NCBI GenBank assembly: GCA_963813535.1
Contig: CAWEZH010000002.1
Coordinates: 1,568,001-1,632,000 of the forward strand
Direction: 5' to 3'
Origin: an uncultured Chloroflexia bacterium
GTDB lineage: Bacteria; Chloroflexota; Limnocylindria; Limnocylindrales; CSP1-4
Length of the DNA stretch: 64,000 nucleotides
The position numbers were made by a program, and so were the translations under genes. The notes beneath the pieces were generated by a model. The model did not search any database. It was not told the DNA's origin and was given only the letters and a program-made list of their open reading frames with translations. Below are positions 1-8,815 of this stretch, one piece after another; the stretch's first letter is position 1; the number at the start of each line of letters is the position of its first letter.

Positions 1-319
1 CGCGCCCGAGCCATGCCTGGAAGCCGACCAGCACGACCGCCCCGACGGACGGCCAGAGCAGCGATCGGCGGTCGCGATGATCGACCCAGGCAAGGATCGC
101 CAGCCCGACGATCTCGAACCCGATGATCGCCGCGACCGTGCGGTGCATCCACTCGATCCATGCCTGGACGTCGTCCAGCGGTGGCAGCAGCTGGCCATGG
201 CAGAGGGGCCAATCCGGACACCCGAGGCCGGAGTCGGTGGCGCGGACGATGACCCCGATCGTCACGAGCAGCACGGCTGTCCCGAGGGTGATCGCGGCCA
301 GTCTCTGGAAGCGGGTCAA
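1..319 (-). CDS. ctaA: Heme A synthase (CtaA/COX15), N-terminal part; runs off the window start
   Basis: Manual translation from TTG at 319 (RBS CAGGAG upstream): MTRFQRLAAITLGTAVLLVTIGVIVRATDSGLGCPDWPLCHG...WIEWMHR. GCPDWPLC and EWxHR are CtaA signatures. Absent from the ORF track because it is truncated. Confidence 0.9.
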   Translation of the reverse strand, partial: MTRFQRLAAITLGTAVLLVTIGVIVRATDSGLGCPDWPLCHGQLLPPLDDVQAWIEWMHRTVAAIIGFEIVGLAILAWVDHRDRRSLLWPSVGAVVLVGFQAWLGR

Positions 320-445
320 CGGTTCTCCTGGGGGCGCGGTACACCGGGTGGGCATTGGGACGGGGCGCGGCCGCAATTCTAGCGCGAGCCCGCTCCGACT
401 CGGTCATCGGCGACCCGGAACGGACGCCTCCGCTACGCTTCCGCC

Positions 446-1438
446 ATGACCCGAATCCCCAGTCTGGCGATGGCCTGTGCGCTGTTACTCGTGTCGGCCG
501 CCTGCACCGCAGGCCCTGGCGGCACGAGCTCGACAGCCCCGTCGCCATCGGTGTCGGCCGTGGCCGGCGAGTGCGCGACGACGCCGGCACCGGCGGCCGC
601 GCCCGAGGGCTGGGACCTCGGTTCGCAGCGACCGTCTGTCTTCCCGCAGGTGATCAATCCGCCGGGCACCGTCGTCTGCGGCGCGAACCGACTGGTGTTC
701 TCGTTCCTGGACGACCAGAACATCCCGGTCGCGAAGCCCGACCTGGCGGTCGAGGTCAAGATGTTCGACCTCGGAGCGGATCCGTCGAAGCCGGTCGCCG
801 AAGGCCCCGCGACGTTCATCTGGGCGCAGGAGCCCGAGGTCGGCGTGTACGTGATCGACCTCGACCTGCCGACCGCCGGAGGCTATGGGATCGAGTTCAC
901 CACGACGCCGGCAGGCGGCTCACCCGAGGCCATCCGGATGACGCTCGACGTGCAGCCCAGCACGGATGTGATCTCGATCGGCGACAAGGCCCCATCGTCC
1001 GACACCCCGACGCTCGATGACGTCGGCGGCGACGTGCAGCAGATCTCGACCGATCCCGATCCGGTGCCGGCGTTCTACACGACGTCGATCGCGGATGCGG
1101 TCGCCGCCGAGAAGCCGTTCGTGGTCGCCTTCGCAACGCCGAAATTCTGCGTCAGCCAGCAATGCGGTCCCACGCTCGATCGGATCAAGCCGATCGCCGA
1201 ACGCCATCCCGGCGTGACGGTCATCAACGTCGAGCCCTACCAGCTCGAAGATGTCGACGGGCAGCTCCAGCCCGTGCTGACCAACGACCAGCTGACACCA
1301 GCTGCCGTGACCGACGAGTGGCATCTGCCCACCGAGCCGTGGATCTTCGTGGTCGATCGGAACGGCGTCGTCACCGCGTCCTACATGCTGATCTTCAGCG
1401 ACCAGGAGCTGGAGGCGGCGATCTCCGCCGTCGAGTAG
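446..1438 (+). CDS. Lipoprotein with Ig/YtkA-like N-terminal region and thioredoxin-like C-terminal domain (CxxxxC)
   Basis: Lipobox-like VSAAC; TPKFCVSQQCGP; EPWIFVVDRNGVV is typical of a Trx-fold end; TACGCT -10 box 6 nt before ATG. Confidence 0.65.
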   Translation: MTRIPSLAMACALLLVSAACTAGPGGTSSTAPSPSVSAVAGECATTPAPAAAPEGWDLGSQRPSVFPQVINPPGTVVCGANRLVFSFLDDQNIPVAKPDLAVEVKMFDLGADPSKPVAEGPATFIWAQEPEVGVYVIDLDLPTAGGYGIEFTTTPAGGSPEAIRMTLDVQPSTDVISIGDKAPSSDTPTLDDVGGDVQQISTDPDPVPAFYTTSIADAVAAEKPFVVAFATPKFCVSQQCGPTLDRIKPIAERHPGVTVINVEPYQLEDVDGQLQPVLTNDQLTPAAVTDEWHLPTEPWIFVVDRNGVVTASYMLIFSDQELEAAISAVE

Positions 1439-1456
1439 CCGAGAGCCTCGGCCCGA

Positions 1457-1834
1457 TCAAGTACTCGGCGATGCGCGCGGAGCATCCTCGAGACGGAGCG
1501 CAAGGTGTTCGCCGCCCTCCGTGCGGAACCAGACGTTGATGGGCTGTGACGTTGCCTGGTGCTCGGCCAGGTGACCGGGTGGGAACTGTGACCCGTTCTC
1601 GAACGCGCGCAGGCTGAAGTCCACGATCTCGCCGCCGGGGCGCCGTAGCACGAAGCCGCGCACGTCACCGAGACCCGCGCTGTCGATCGCGACGACGACA
1701 CCGGTCATCTGCTCAGCGTCCGGAGGAGCCTGACCGTTGGTGTCCGGCCCGCCGAGCAGCAGCGCAGCCGATGCCGTGCCGACGACGATCGCGACGAGCA
1801 GGATGGCGAAGAGCGTGCGTGTGCGCCGATCCAC
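1457..1834 (-). CDS. Small membrane-anchored/exported hypothetical protein (HLAEH motif)
   Basis: GTG at 1834, just after the pyrE stop; N-terminal hydrophobic helix; GC3-rich codons. Confidence 0.6.
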   Translation of the reverse strand: MDRRTRTLFAILLVAIVVGTASAALLLGGPDTNGQAPPDAEQMTGVVVAIDSAGLGDVRGFVLRRPGGEIVDFSLRAFENGSQFPPGHLAEHQATSQPINVWFRTEGGEHLALRLEDAPRASPST

Positions 1835-1836
1835 CG

Positions 1837-2541
1837 TCAGCCGCCGGCAGGCGCGCCAGCGACCGTTCCGGTGCTGCCCGGGGCCTGGAGCGGGTCTCCT
1901 GCGGCGCATCTCGGGCACGTCGACTCTGTGGGTTCGTAGGTCGGAAGGTCGAGCTGCCACAGCGCCCGGAGCGGGTACGTCCGGCCCGTCGTCGGTGAGG
2001 TCAGCGTCTCCCGACCACCACTTCTATCGACGAGGACCACGCATTCGACGATCTCACCGCCGAGCGCCTCGACCGCTGGGATCATCGCCAGCAGCGAGCC
2101 CCCGGTCGTGAGGATGTCATCGACCAGCAGGACCCGCTCGCCGGGTAGGATCGAGAAGCCGCGCCGGAATTCGCGGCGAGTGCCACCCGCACCGTCCGGC
2201 ACCTCCTCCGCGAAGATCCCGAGGGTCCCCAGTTGCCGCGCCGTCTCGAAGGCCAGGATGACGCCTCCGGTCGTCGGCCCGGCGACGAGGTCGACCGGCC
2301 GCCGGTCCTCATCGCCGCGTCCGAGAGCGCGGATCCAGGCGGCCCAATAGCCGCACAGCTCGCTCGTCGCGGCCGGATCCGACAGGACGGCGAACTTCTC
2401 GACATAGGCGTCACTGTGGCGGCCGCTCTTGAGAAGGAAGTGGCCCTCGCGGAAAGCGCCGGATGCGCGGAACAGCTCCTCGGTCCGGGCCGCCACGACT
2501 GCCCGGGCGGCCAGGTCGACCGCGGGTTTGATCGTCGTCAC
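1837..2541 (-). CDS. pyrE: Orotate phosphoribosyltransferase
   Basis: GHFLLKSGRHSDAY and VLLVDDILTTGGS PRPP motif; pyr context. Confidence 0.93.
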   Translation of the reverse strand: MTTIKPAVDLAARAVVAARTEELFRASGAFREGHFLLKSGRHSDAYVEKFAVLSDPAATSELCGYWAAWIRALGRGDEDRRPVDLVAGPTTGGVILAFETARQLGTLGIFAEEVPDGAGGTRREFRRGFSILPGERVLLVDDILTTGGSLLAMIPAVEALGGEIVECVVLVDRSGGRETLTSPTTGRTYPLRALWQLDLPTYEPTESTCPRCAAGDPLQAPGSTGTVAGAPAGG

Positions 2542-2566
2542 GCCCGAAGTGTAGGTCGGACGGCCG

Positions 2567-3685
2567 TCACGGCCGGTATTCGACGCCCTTGGCCGAAGGG
2601 GAGGCAGCTCGCTTGGGGAGTGCCGACCCGATCAGGTCGCGGTGCGACTCGACGCCCCGCCGGCGACACTCGGCCTCCAGCTCGCCGACCAGGCGGACCG
2701 GGAGCAGCGGGTCGGCGAAGATCGCGGTCCCGACCTGGACGGCGACCGCACCGACGGCGAGGAAATCGAGGACATCGGCGAGCTCGGTGACGCCACCGAT
2801 GGCGATGACCGGGATGCGGACCGCCTGGGCCGCCTCGTACACGATCCGGAGCGCCACCGGCTTGACGGCAGGCCCGCTCAGACCGCCGTAGATGTTGCCG
2901 AGCAGCGGCCTGGTGCGATCCGGGGCGACGGCGATGCCCGACAACGTGTTGATCGCGGTCAGGGCGTCCGCGCCGGCATCGGCGATGGCCTTGGCGATGG
3001 GACGGATGTCCGCCACGTTCGGTGAGAGCTTCACGAGTAACGGCAGGTCCGTCGCGCGCCGGACCGCCGCGGTCACCTCACCGGCGGCACCGGGATCGAT
3101 CGCGAACTGGAGTCCACCACGGCCGACGTTGGGACACGAGATGTTGAGCTCGATGCCGGCGATGCCGGGCACGCCCTCCAATCGACGCGTGACCTCGACA
3201 TAGTCAGCCACCGACTCGCCCGCAACGTTGACGATCACGGGCACGTTCCACCCGGCCCAGGTCGACGCGTACTTCTCCACGACCACGTCGACCCCCGGGT
3301 TCTGGAGACCGATCGAGTTCAGCATCCCGCCCGGCGTTTCGGTGACGCGCGGCGTTGGGTTGCCGATCCGCGGCTTCAGCGTCGTGCCCTTGCAGCAGAT
3401 CGCGCCGAGCAGGTCGACGTCGACGACGTCGCCGTACTCGACTCCATAGCCGAATGTCCCCGATGCCACGAGGACCGGGTTCGGCAGCACGAGCCCGCGT
3501 CCGAGGTCGACCGTGAGATCGATGTCGCTCGCTGATCCGGCTTCGATGGGCGCCGCAGGTACGGCTTCGACCCGCGGTCGAGCCGAAACCGGCGCGATCG
3601 CCGGGCGGATGCGGCGAGGCGTCGGCGTTCGCTTGGCGCCGGCCGGACGCCCCGATGTCGTCACGACGCGCCGCTTGGCCTTCAC
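2567..3685 (-). CDS. pyrD: Dihydroorotate dehydrogenase, class 1B catalytic subunit, with basic N-terminal extension
   Basis: ASGTFG, MLNSIGLQNPG, ELNISCPN, VKLSPN, GGLSG motifs; GTG at 3685 overlaps the pyrK stop (GTGA). Confidence 0.93.
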   Translation of the reverse strand: MKAKRRVVTTSGRPAGAKRTPTPRRIRPAIAPVSARPRVEAVPAAPIEAGSASDIDLTVDLGRGLVLPNPVLVASGTFGYGVEYGDVVDVDLLGAICCKGTTLKPRIGNPTPRVTETPGGMLNSIGLQNPGVDVVVEKYASTWAGWNVPVIVNVAGESVADYVEVTRRLEGVPGIAGIELNISCPNVGRGGLQFAIDPGAAGEVTAAVRRATDLPLLVKLSPNVADIRPIAKAIADAGADALTAINTLSGIAVAPDRTRPLLGNIYGGLSGPAVKPVALRIVYEAAQAVRIPVIAIGGVTELADVLDFLAVGAVAVQVGTAIFADPLLPVRLVGELEAECRRRGVESHRDLIGSALPKRAASPSAKGVEYRP

Positions 3686-4551
3686 GACCAGGCCGCCTCC
3701 CAGGCCACTTCCTCGCTCGCGAAGACCGGCCCCTCCCGGCAGACACGCTGGGGCGTGCCCGTCACGCTCATCACGACGCAGCCCAGGCACGCGCCGACGG
3801 CACAGCCCATGTTCTGCTCCATCGAGACCTGCAGGAACGCCTTGCGCCTGGCCCCTGGCGAACCGAGCGGATCGGCCCGACCAGCGCCTCGTTTTCGACC
3901 GAGGGCCGCCACACCGAGCCGTCCGCGGCGGCCCTCCGCGAGCCGGGCCAGCGCTCGGAGCATCGGGGTCGGACCGCAGGCAAAGGCCTGGTCTGCCCAG
4001 CTTTCGTACTGCGGGACGAGCTCCGTCACGAAGCCGCGGTGGCCGAGGGAGCCATCGTCTGTGGCGACGACGTACTCCACCTCGTCGGGCAGCAGGTTCG
4101 ACGGGTAGACCTCCCGCGCGGTGGTGGCGCCGAACAGCAGCGTCACCTGGCGACCGGCCTGGATCGCCTCGTCGGCCAGCATCCGGACACCGGCCATGCC
4201 CAGACCGCCCGCGATCAGGAGCAGGTGCCGACTCCGCGGATCGACCTCGAACGGCCGGCCGAGCGGCCCCAGCAGGTCGATGGCATCTCCCGCACGGAGC
4301 CGCGCGAACCACTCGGTGCCCCTGCCGATGACCCGGAAATGGATCGTGACGATGCCCGTCACTGGATCCGCCGTATTCAGCGAGAACGGCCGACGCAACA
4401 CCATCCCGGAGTAATCGCCGGTGCGGACATGGACGAACTGCCCGGCCCTCGAGCCGGTGGCCAGCTCGGGCGCGTGATAGGCCTGCAGCCACTGGCCGGG
4501 AAGGATCTCGCGGCTATCGACGAGCTCGGCGGCGGCGAGCCGCATGGTCAA
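3682..4551 (-). CDS. pyrK: Dihydroorotate dehydrogenase electron-transfer subunit
   Basis: LRRPFS, GPLGRPF, IAGGLG, ACGP, MGCAVGACLGC...VCREGPVF (FAD/NAD/2Fe-2S motifs). Confidence 0.92.
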   Translation of the reverse strand: MTMRLAAAELVDSREILPGQWLQAYHAPELATGSRAGQFVHVRTGDYSGMVLRRPFSLNTADPVTGIVTIHFRVIGRGTEWFARLRAGDAIDLLGPLGRPFEVDPRSRHLLLIAGGLGMAGVRMLADEAIQAGRQVTLLFGATTAREVYPSNLLPDEVEYVVATDDGSLGHRGFVTELVPQYESWADQAFACGPTPMLRALARLAEGRRGRLGVAALGRKRGAGRADPLGSPGARRKAFLQVSMEQNMGCAVGACLGCVVMSVTGTPQRVCREGPVFASEEVAWEAAWS

Positions 4552-5564
4552 GCGGTCGGGCGGCCCTCCGCGCCCTCTCCTTCCTCGCGGTCCTCGGTAT
4601 CGCCGTCATCGGTGCCGTCCTCGGCTTGCTCTGTCGCTTCACCGTCGTCGTCGGCGACCGCGACCTCGACATCGCCCTCGACCGGATCCGTGGACGCGGT
4701 CTCCTCGCTGGGACCCGCGCCGTCGCCCTCCGTGGCCAGCTCGGGCGCGACCGCTGGATAGGCCTCGGCCAGGGCGTCGGCCAGGTCGCCGAACACATCC
4801 GTCGGGTCGTAGAACTCCACGAGCTGGTCGGGGCCGGTCAGGCTCCGCCACTGTCCGTCGGCCTCCTCGGGGATCACCTCGGCTCGGAACTCCCCGGCCG
4901 AGGTCAGGACGAGTCGCTCGTCGTCGTCGTCGACGATCACCAGCTCCCCGAGCAGGCCGGATGCCGGCCCCGCGGCGACCTCGAACTCGTCGAGCAGCCG
5001 TGATTCGCTGCGCTGGCTGCGCTCCTGGTATTCGAGCGCGAGGTCGTACAGCCGCCGGGCAGCCGCATCGTCGTCGTCGAGGTCCACCTGCTCCGGTTGG
5101 CCGGCGGCCCACGAGTCCGCGGCAGCCGCATACGGGTCCTCGCCGAGCGCCACCGTCTCTTCGGGCGAGATACCGGCGGCCTCGAGCATCTCGTCGCTCG
5201 CGGTCGGGGACTCGCCCATCCCGGCGGCCTCCTTGGCCGCTTCACTGAACGCGGAGAAGATGTCGGCCGGGTTGTAGAGCTCGACCAGCTCGGACGCCGA
5301 CTCGATGACCTCGGTCTCGCTCACCCAGTCGCCGGTCAGGTCGTCGAGGAAGCGCGTGCGGCTGCGGAACGTGCTGTCGGGTGCGATCGAGAGGTAATCG
5401 GGCTCCTCATCGATCAGCGTCAGCCCGCCGTAGGCGGCGATGCGCTCCTTGTGGCGGTCCAGGAACCGGCGCAGCTGGTCGGTCGACTGGACAAGGAAAT
5501 CGGACCGCTCGAGGGCGGCGTCCGCCGCGATCTCGCCGAGCAGGTCGTTGCGGCCCGTATCCAT
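4548..5564 (-). CDS. Highly acidic hypothetical protein with an internally duplicated domain
   Basis: RBS AGGAGG before ATG at 5564; repeated motifs LVELYNPADIF / LVEFYDPTDVF; stop overlaps the pyrK start. Confidence 0.8.
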   Translation of the reverse strand: MDTGRNDLLGEIAADAALERSDFLVQSTDQLRRFLDRHKERIAAYGGLTLIDEEPDYLSIAPDSTFRSRTRFLDDLTGDWVSETEVIESASELVELYNPADIFSAFSEAAKEAAGMGESPTASDEMLEAAGISPEETVALGEDPYAAAADSWAAGQPEQVDLDDDDAAARRLYDLALEYQERSQRSESRLLDEFEVAAGPASGLLGELVIVDDDDERLVLTSAGEFRAEVIPEEADGQWRSLTGPDQLVEFYDPTDVFGDLADALAEAYPAVAPELATEGDGAGPSEETASTDPVEGDVEVAVADDDGEATEQAEDGTDDGDTEDREEGEGAEGRPTA

Positions 5565-5639
5565 GGTTCGCCTCCTGTTCGGTTCGTCGCCGGGTGGCAG
5601 GACTTCGCGTCGGATGCTCATCGTCTTGGGTCGTTCGGG

Positions 5640-5966
5640 TCAGCGATGGTATTCGAGGTTGGGTCCCATGCGCTCACGCAGGAACATCGAGTGGTGGCGT
5701 TCGAAGATCCACTCGCCGGCCCGATGGCCAAGCGCCCTGGTCGCCTCGTCGGCCTCGAGCTTGTCGAGCGTCCCATAGTCGGGCAGGTCGAGCAGGATGA
5801 CGTTGTCGAAGTCCCAGCCATGGGCGACGTTGTACCAGCCGATGAACCGGATCCCGAACCGCTCCTCGTATTCCTTCACCTGGCGCGGGAAGATCGTGCG
5901 CATGAAGAACTTGAAGAACGGGTCGCGGCCTCGGCGGACGGAGAAATAGGTCGCGAGAACGGGCAT
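5640..5966 (-). CDS. Hypothetical 108-aa protein (possible dimeric alpha-beta barrel/NIPSNAP-like)
   Basis: Strong GC3 codon bias; pattern GIRFIGWY...DNVILLDLPDY. Confidence 0.7.
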   Translation of the reverse strand: MPVLATYFSVRRGRDPFFKFFMRTIFPRQVKEYEERFGIRFIGWYNVAHGWDFDNVILLDLPDYGTLDKLEADEATRALGHRAGEWIFERHHSMFLRERMGPNLEYHR

Positions 5967-6048
5967 GGGGCCATTGTGTCATGGGGTCGCGGCCGGGGCG
6001 GGGTCGCTGGTGCGGAGAGTGACCCGGCGGGGCGGGAGTCGCGAGCCC

Positions 6049-6208
6049 TCGGTCACCCGGTGACCGAACGGGCGGTCAAGCGCTCGCCGCTGGCTCGATC
6101 CCGCTGGTTCGTTCGACGGTTCGGTCACGGGTTGACCAAGACGGTGCCTATACCTCAGCCGGAGGGTCGTCGGGTCCCGTTCGTTCGTCCATTCGGTCAC
6201 CCGGTGAC
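6049..6208. repeat. Three copies of a palindromic element (TCGGTCACCCGGTGACCGA-like) at an exact 72-bp period
   Basis: Cores start at 6049, 6121 and 6193; copies 2 and 3 share the upstream GTTCGTTCG. Confidence 0.75.
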
Positions 6209-6600
6209 GCGCCGGCCGCCGAGCGACTCTCATCCTCGAGCTCGCCGACGGTCTTGCTGCCGCTCGCCATCGGTCGGCGGCGGCTGCGACGGTCGGCCGC
6301 CACCAATCGAAGCAGGAAGATGATCGTCTGGCCGGTCGTCAGCAGGAGCCCGATCACGACGAACAGCAGGATGGCGCTGACCGCCTCCGGCCAATGCCAC
6401 ATCGCGCTCAGTGGCGTCAGGACGATGAAGATCGCCAGCACGATGAGCTGGAACCGGAAGCAGCCGAGGCCGGGGCCGCGTTCAGCCTCGAGGTCGGCGC
6501 CTTTGTACTGGACGGGCCCCGTCGAGCGGGGCGGCCGTGGCGGCGTCGGGTCGGCGTCCGGGCCTGTCGGCGGGTCGGCGCTGGATTCGGGTCCGGTCAC
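6148..6600 (-). CDS. Hypothetical membrane protein (two TM helices)
   Basis: Two hydrophobic segments; likely GTG start at 6600 with a TATCGT box upstream. Confidence 0.65.
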   Translation of the reverse strand: MTGPESSADPPTGPDADPTPPRPPRSTGPVQYKGADLEAERGPGLGCFRFQLIVLAIFIVLTPLSAMWHWPEAVSAILLFVVIGLLLTTGQTIIFLLRLVAADRRSRRRPMASGSKTVGELEDESRSAAGASPGDRMDERTGPDDPPAEV

Positions 6601-6626
6601 GAGCCGGAACGATACGGGAGGTCGCG

Positions 6627-7154
6627 TCAGGCTGTCGGCGGGTCGATGGCCAGGCCCTCGACGACCTCGACGCGCTGCAGCGCCGACAGGATCGACGGCG
6701 CCGCCAGCACCTTCCACGACCGCGATCCGCCGCCGAGGATGATGCGCTCCCGCCGCATCACTCGGCCGTCGACCCAGATCGGCAATCCGGCGGGCAGCCC
6801 GAACACGGTGACGCCGCCGATCTCCATGCCGGTGATGTCGCGGGTCGATTCGGCCGGAGCGAAGGACGCCTTTCGTGTCCCGAGGCGGTCGCGAACCGTT
6901 CGGTTCACGTCGAGCCGGTTCGGCGCGAGCACCACGCAGGCGGCATAGCGAGGCGGATCGCCCTTGCCGATGACGACGATCGTGTTCGCCGAATCCTCGG
7001 GCTCGAAGCCGTACGCGGCGCAGAACGCGGCCGTGTCAGCGAGGGCCGGGTCACACGGAAAGAGCTCGTAGTCGACGCCCAGCGCGTCGAGCGTGGCCAC
7101 CAGCCGCTCCCGGCCTTCGGGGTCGTGGCTGGTCGGGTCGATCTCGTCGGACAT
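6627..7154 (-). CDS. YbaK/EbsC-family aminoacyl-tRNA editing protein
   Basis: TGMEIGGVTVFG and GGGSRSWK motifs; TACGCT box 7 nt before ATG at 7154. Confidence 0.85.
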   Translation of the reverse strand: MSDEIDPTSHDPEGRERLVATLDALGVDYELFPCDPALADTAAFCAAYGFEPEDSANTIVVIGKGDPPRYAACVVLAPNRLDVNRTVRDRLGTRKASFAPAESTRDITGMEIGGVTVFGLPAGLPIWVDGRVMRRERIILGGGSRSWKVLAAPSILSALQRVEVVEGLAIDPPTA

Positions 7155-7187
7155 GGCCCGAAGCGTAGTCGGTACCATCGACCCCGG

Positions 7188-8815
7188 ATGGCCGACCGAA
7201 CGACGCTCCAGTCCCCGACCGCACCGATGGACATCGACGCGTACCTAGAGCGTTTTGACTGGCACCCGGAGCCGGAGCTGATCGGCTACCGCGACGAGGC
7301 AGCGTCGCGGGCGGCGCTCGCATCGCTCGGGCAGCGGACGTGGCACGAGGCATTGGAATTCCTGTACGGCATCGCGACCGAGCGCGCGATGGGCGATCCA
7401 TCGACGTACGCCGAAGCCCGCCGACGGTATTACGCATCCGATCCAGCCGGCCCTCGGGATGGTCCTGGCCCGGCCCCGTCGGCGCCCATGCGCGCGACCG
7501 ACGTCGTCGACGAGTTCTCCGCCCGCCTGTCGCGCGGCCTGATGAATGCCCAGCACCCGCGCCAGTTCGGGTACTTCACGCCACCCCCGCTACCGATGTC
7601 GATCATGGGCGAGCTGCTCGCACAGATGACCAACCAGGGCGTCGACGTGTGGCATGCCGGTCCCTTCGCCGCCTTCGCCGAGGAAGAGGTCGTGTGCTGG
7701 CTGTGCGACCTGGTGGGCTACGGGCCGGACGGCTTCGGGCTCCTCACCAGCGGCGGCGTGATGGCCAATTTCATGGGGATGACGCTGGCGCGCGACCTGC
7801 GTCTCGGTCGCATCCGCGACCTGCCGGGGCCGCCGCGCGGGAAGGATCTCGAGGGCGCCCGGGTCTATACCAGCGACCAGACGCATTTCTCGATCGCGCG
7901 GGCGCTCGATGAGCTCGGGTTCCCGCCCCAGACGCTGGTCGTCCTCCCATCCGACGACGACTTCCACCTGCGTGGGGCCCCGGTCGCTGATGCCGTGACC
8001 CGCGACCGAGCGGCCGGTCTGACGCCATACGCCATCGCGGCTGTCGCGGGCTCGACCAACACGGGTTCGGTCGACGCCGTCGGCGAGCTGGCCGACGTGG
8101 CCGGGGCGGAGGGCCTGTGGCTGCACGTCGATGCGGCATACGGCGGCGGCGCACGGCTGACGGAACGGGACCGGGATCGCGTCCCGGACCTCGACCGCGC
8201 CGACTCGGTGACCGTCGACCCCCACAAGTGGTTCTTCCAGGCCTACGACATCGGCGGTCTGCTCGTCCGCGACCGCAGGACGTTGAGTGCCGTCTTCGGC
8301 GGTCGCGCGCCGGAGTACTACCGGGGTGGCGAAACGCCGGGCAGTGGCGTGCCCGACTACCTCCGCGACGGCGAGCACGACCCGTCGCACGACGACCAGC
8401 TCAACTTCTACAAGCTGTCGTTCGAGGGGACACGGCGCTGGCGTGCGCTGAAGCTGTGGATGACCTGGAAGCATCTGGGGACGCCGGGCTTCGGCCGGTT
8501 GATCGAGGCCAACGACGATCTCGCCGCGTACCTGGCCAGCCTGCTGCGCCGAGGCGGACGACTTCGAGGCCATACCCGAGAAGCCCGAGTTGTCGGTGGT
8601 CTGTTTCCGGCATGTGCCGGCGGGGCTCGATGGGCGAGGCACTCGACGCCCACCAGGATCGGCTGCAGGCGGCGCTCGAGCTCTCCGGCGACGGCTGGCT
8701 GACGACGACCCGCCTACGCGGCGCGACGTGGCTCCGCGCCGGGATCGTCAACTACCTCTCGACCGAGGCCGACATCGACCGGCTGCTCGACACCCTGCGT
8801 CGACTCGCCGTCTAG
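7188..8815 (+). CDS. Group II PLP-dependent decarboxylase (aromatic amino acid/DABA-decarboxylase-like); two apparent frameshifts near 8540 and 8633
   Basis: TSGGVMAN, SDQTHFS, LHVDAAYGG, DPHKW (PLP lysine), RALKLW; the C-terminal ELSVVCFR and WLTTT...LRAGIVNY segments lie in two other frames. Confidence 0.88.

Noticed and set aside
2567-4492. 641-aa PyrD with a long N-terminal domain
   Set aside because: The upstream part is an alternate frame of pyrK; the real start is the GTG at 3685
6049-6208. CRISPR array
   Set aside because: Only three degenerate copies, partly similar intervening DNA, no AT-rich leader and no cas genes; kept as a REP-like repeat
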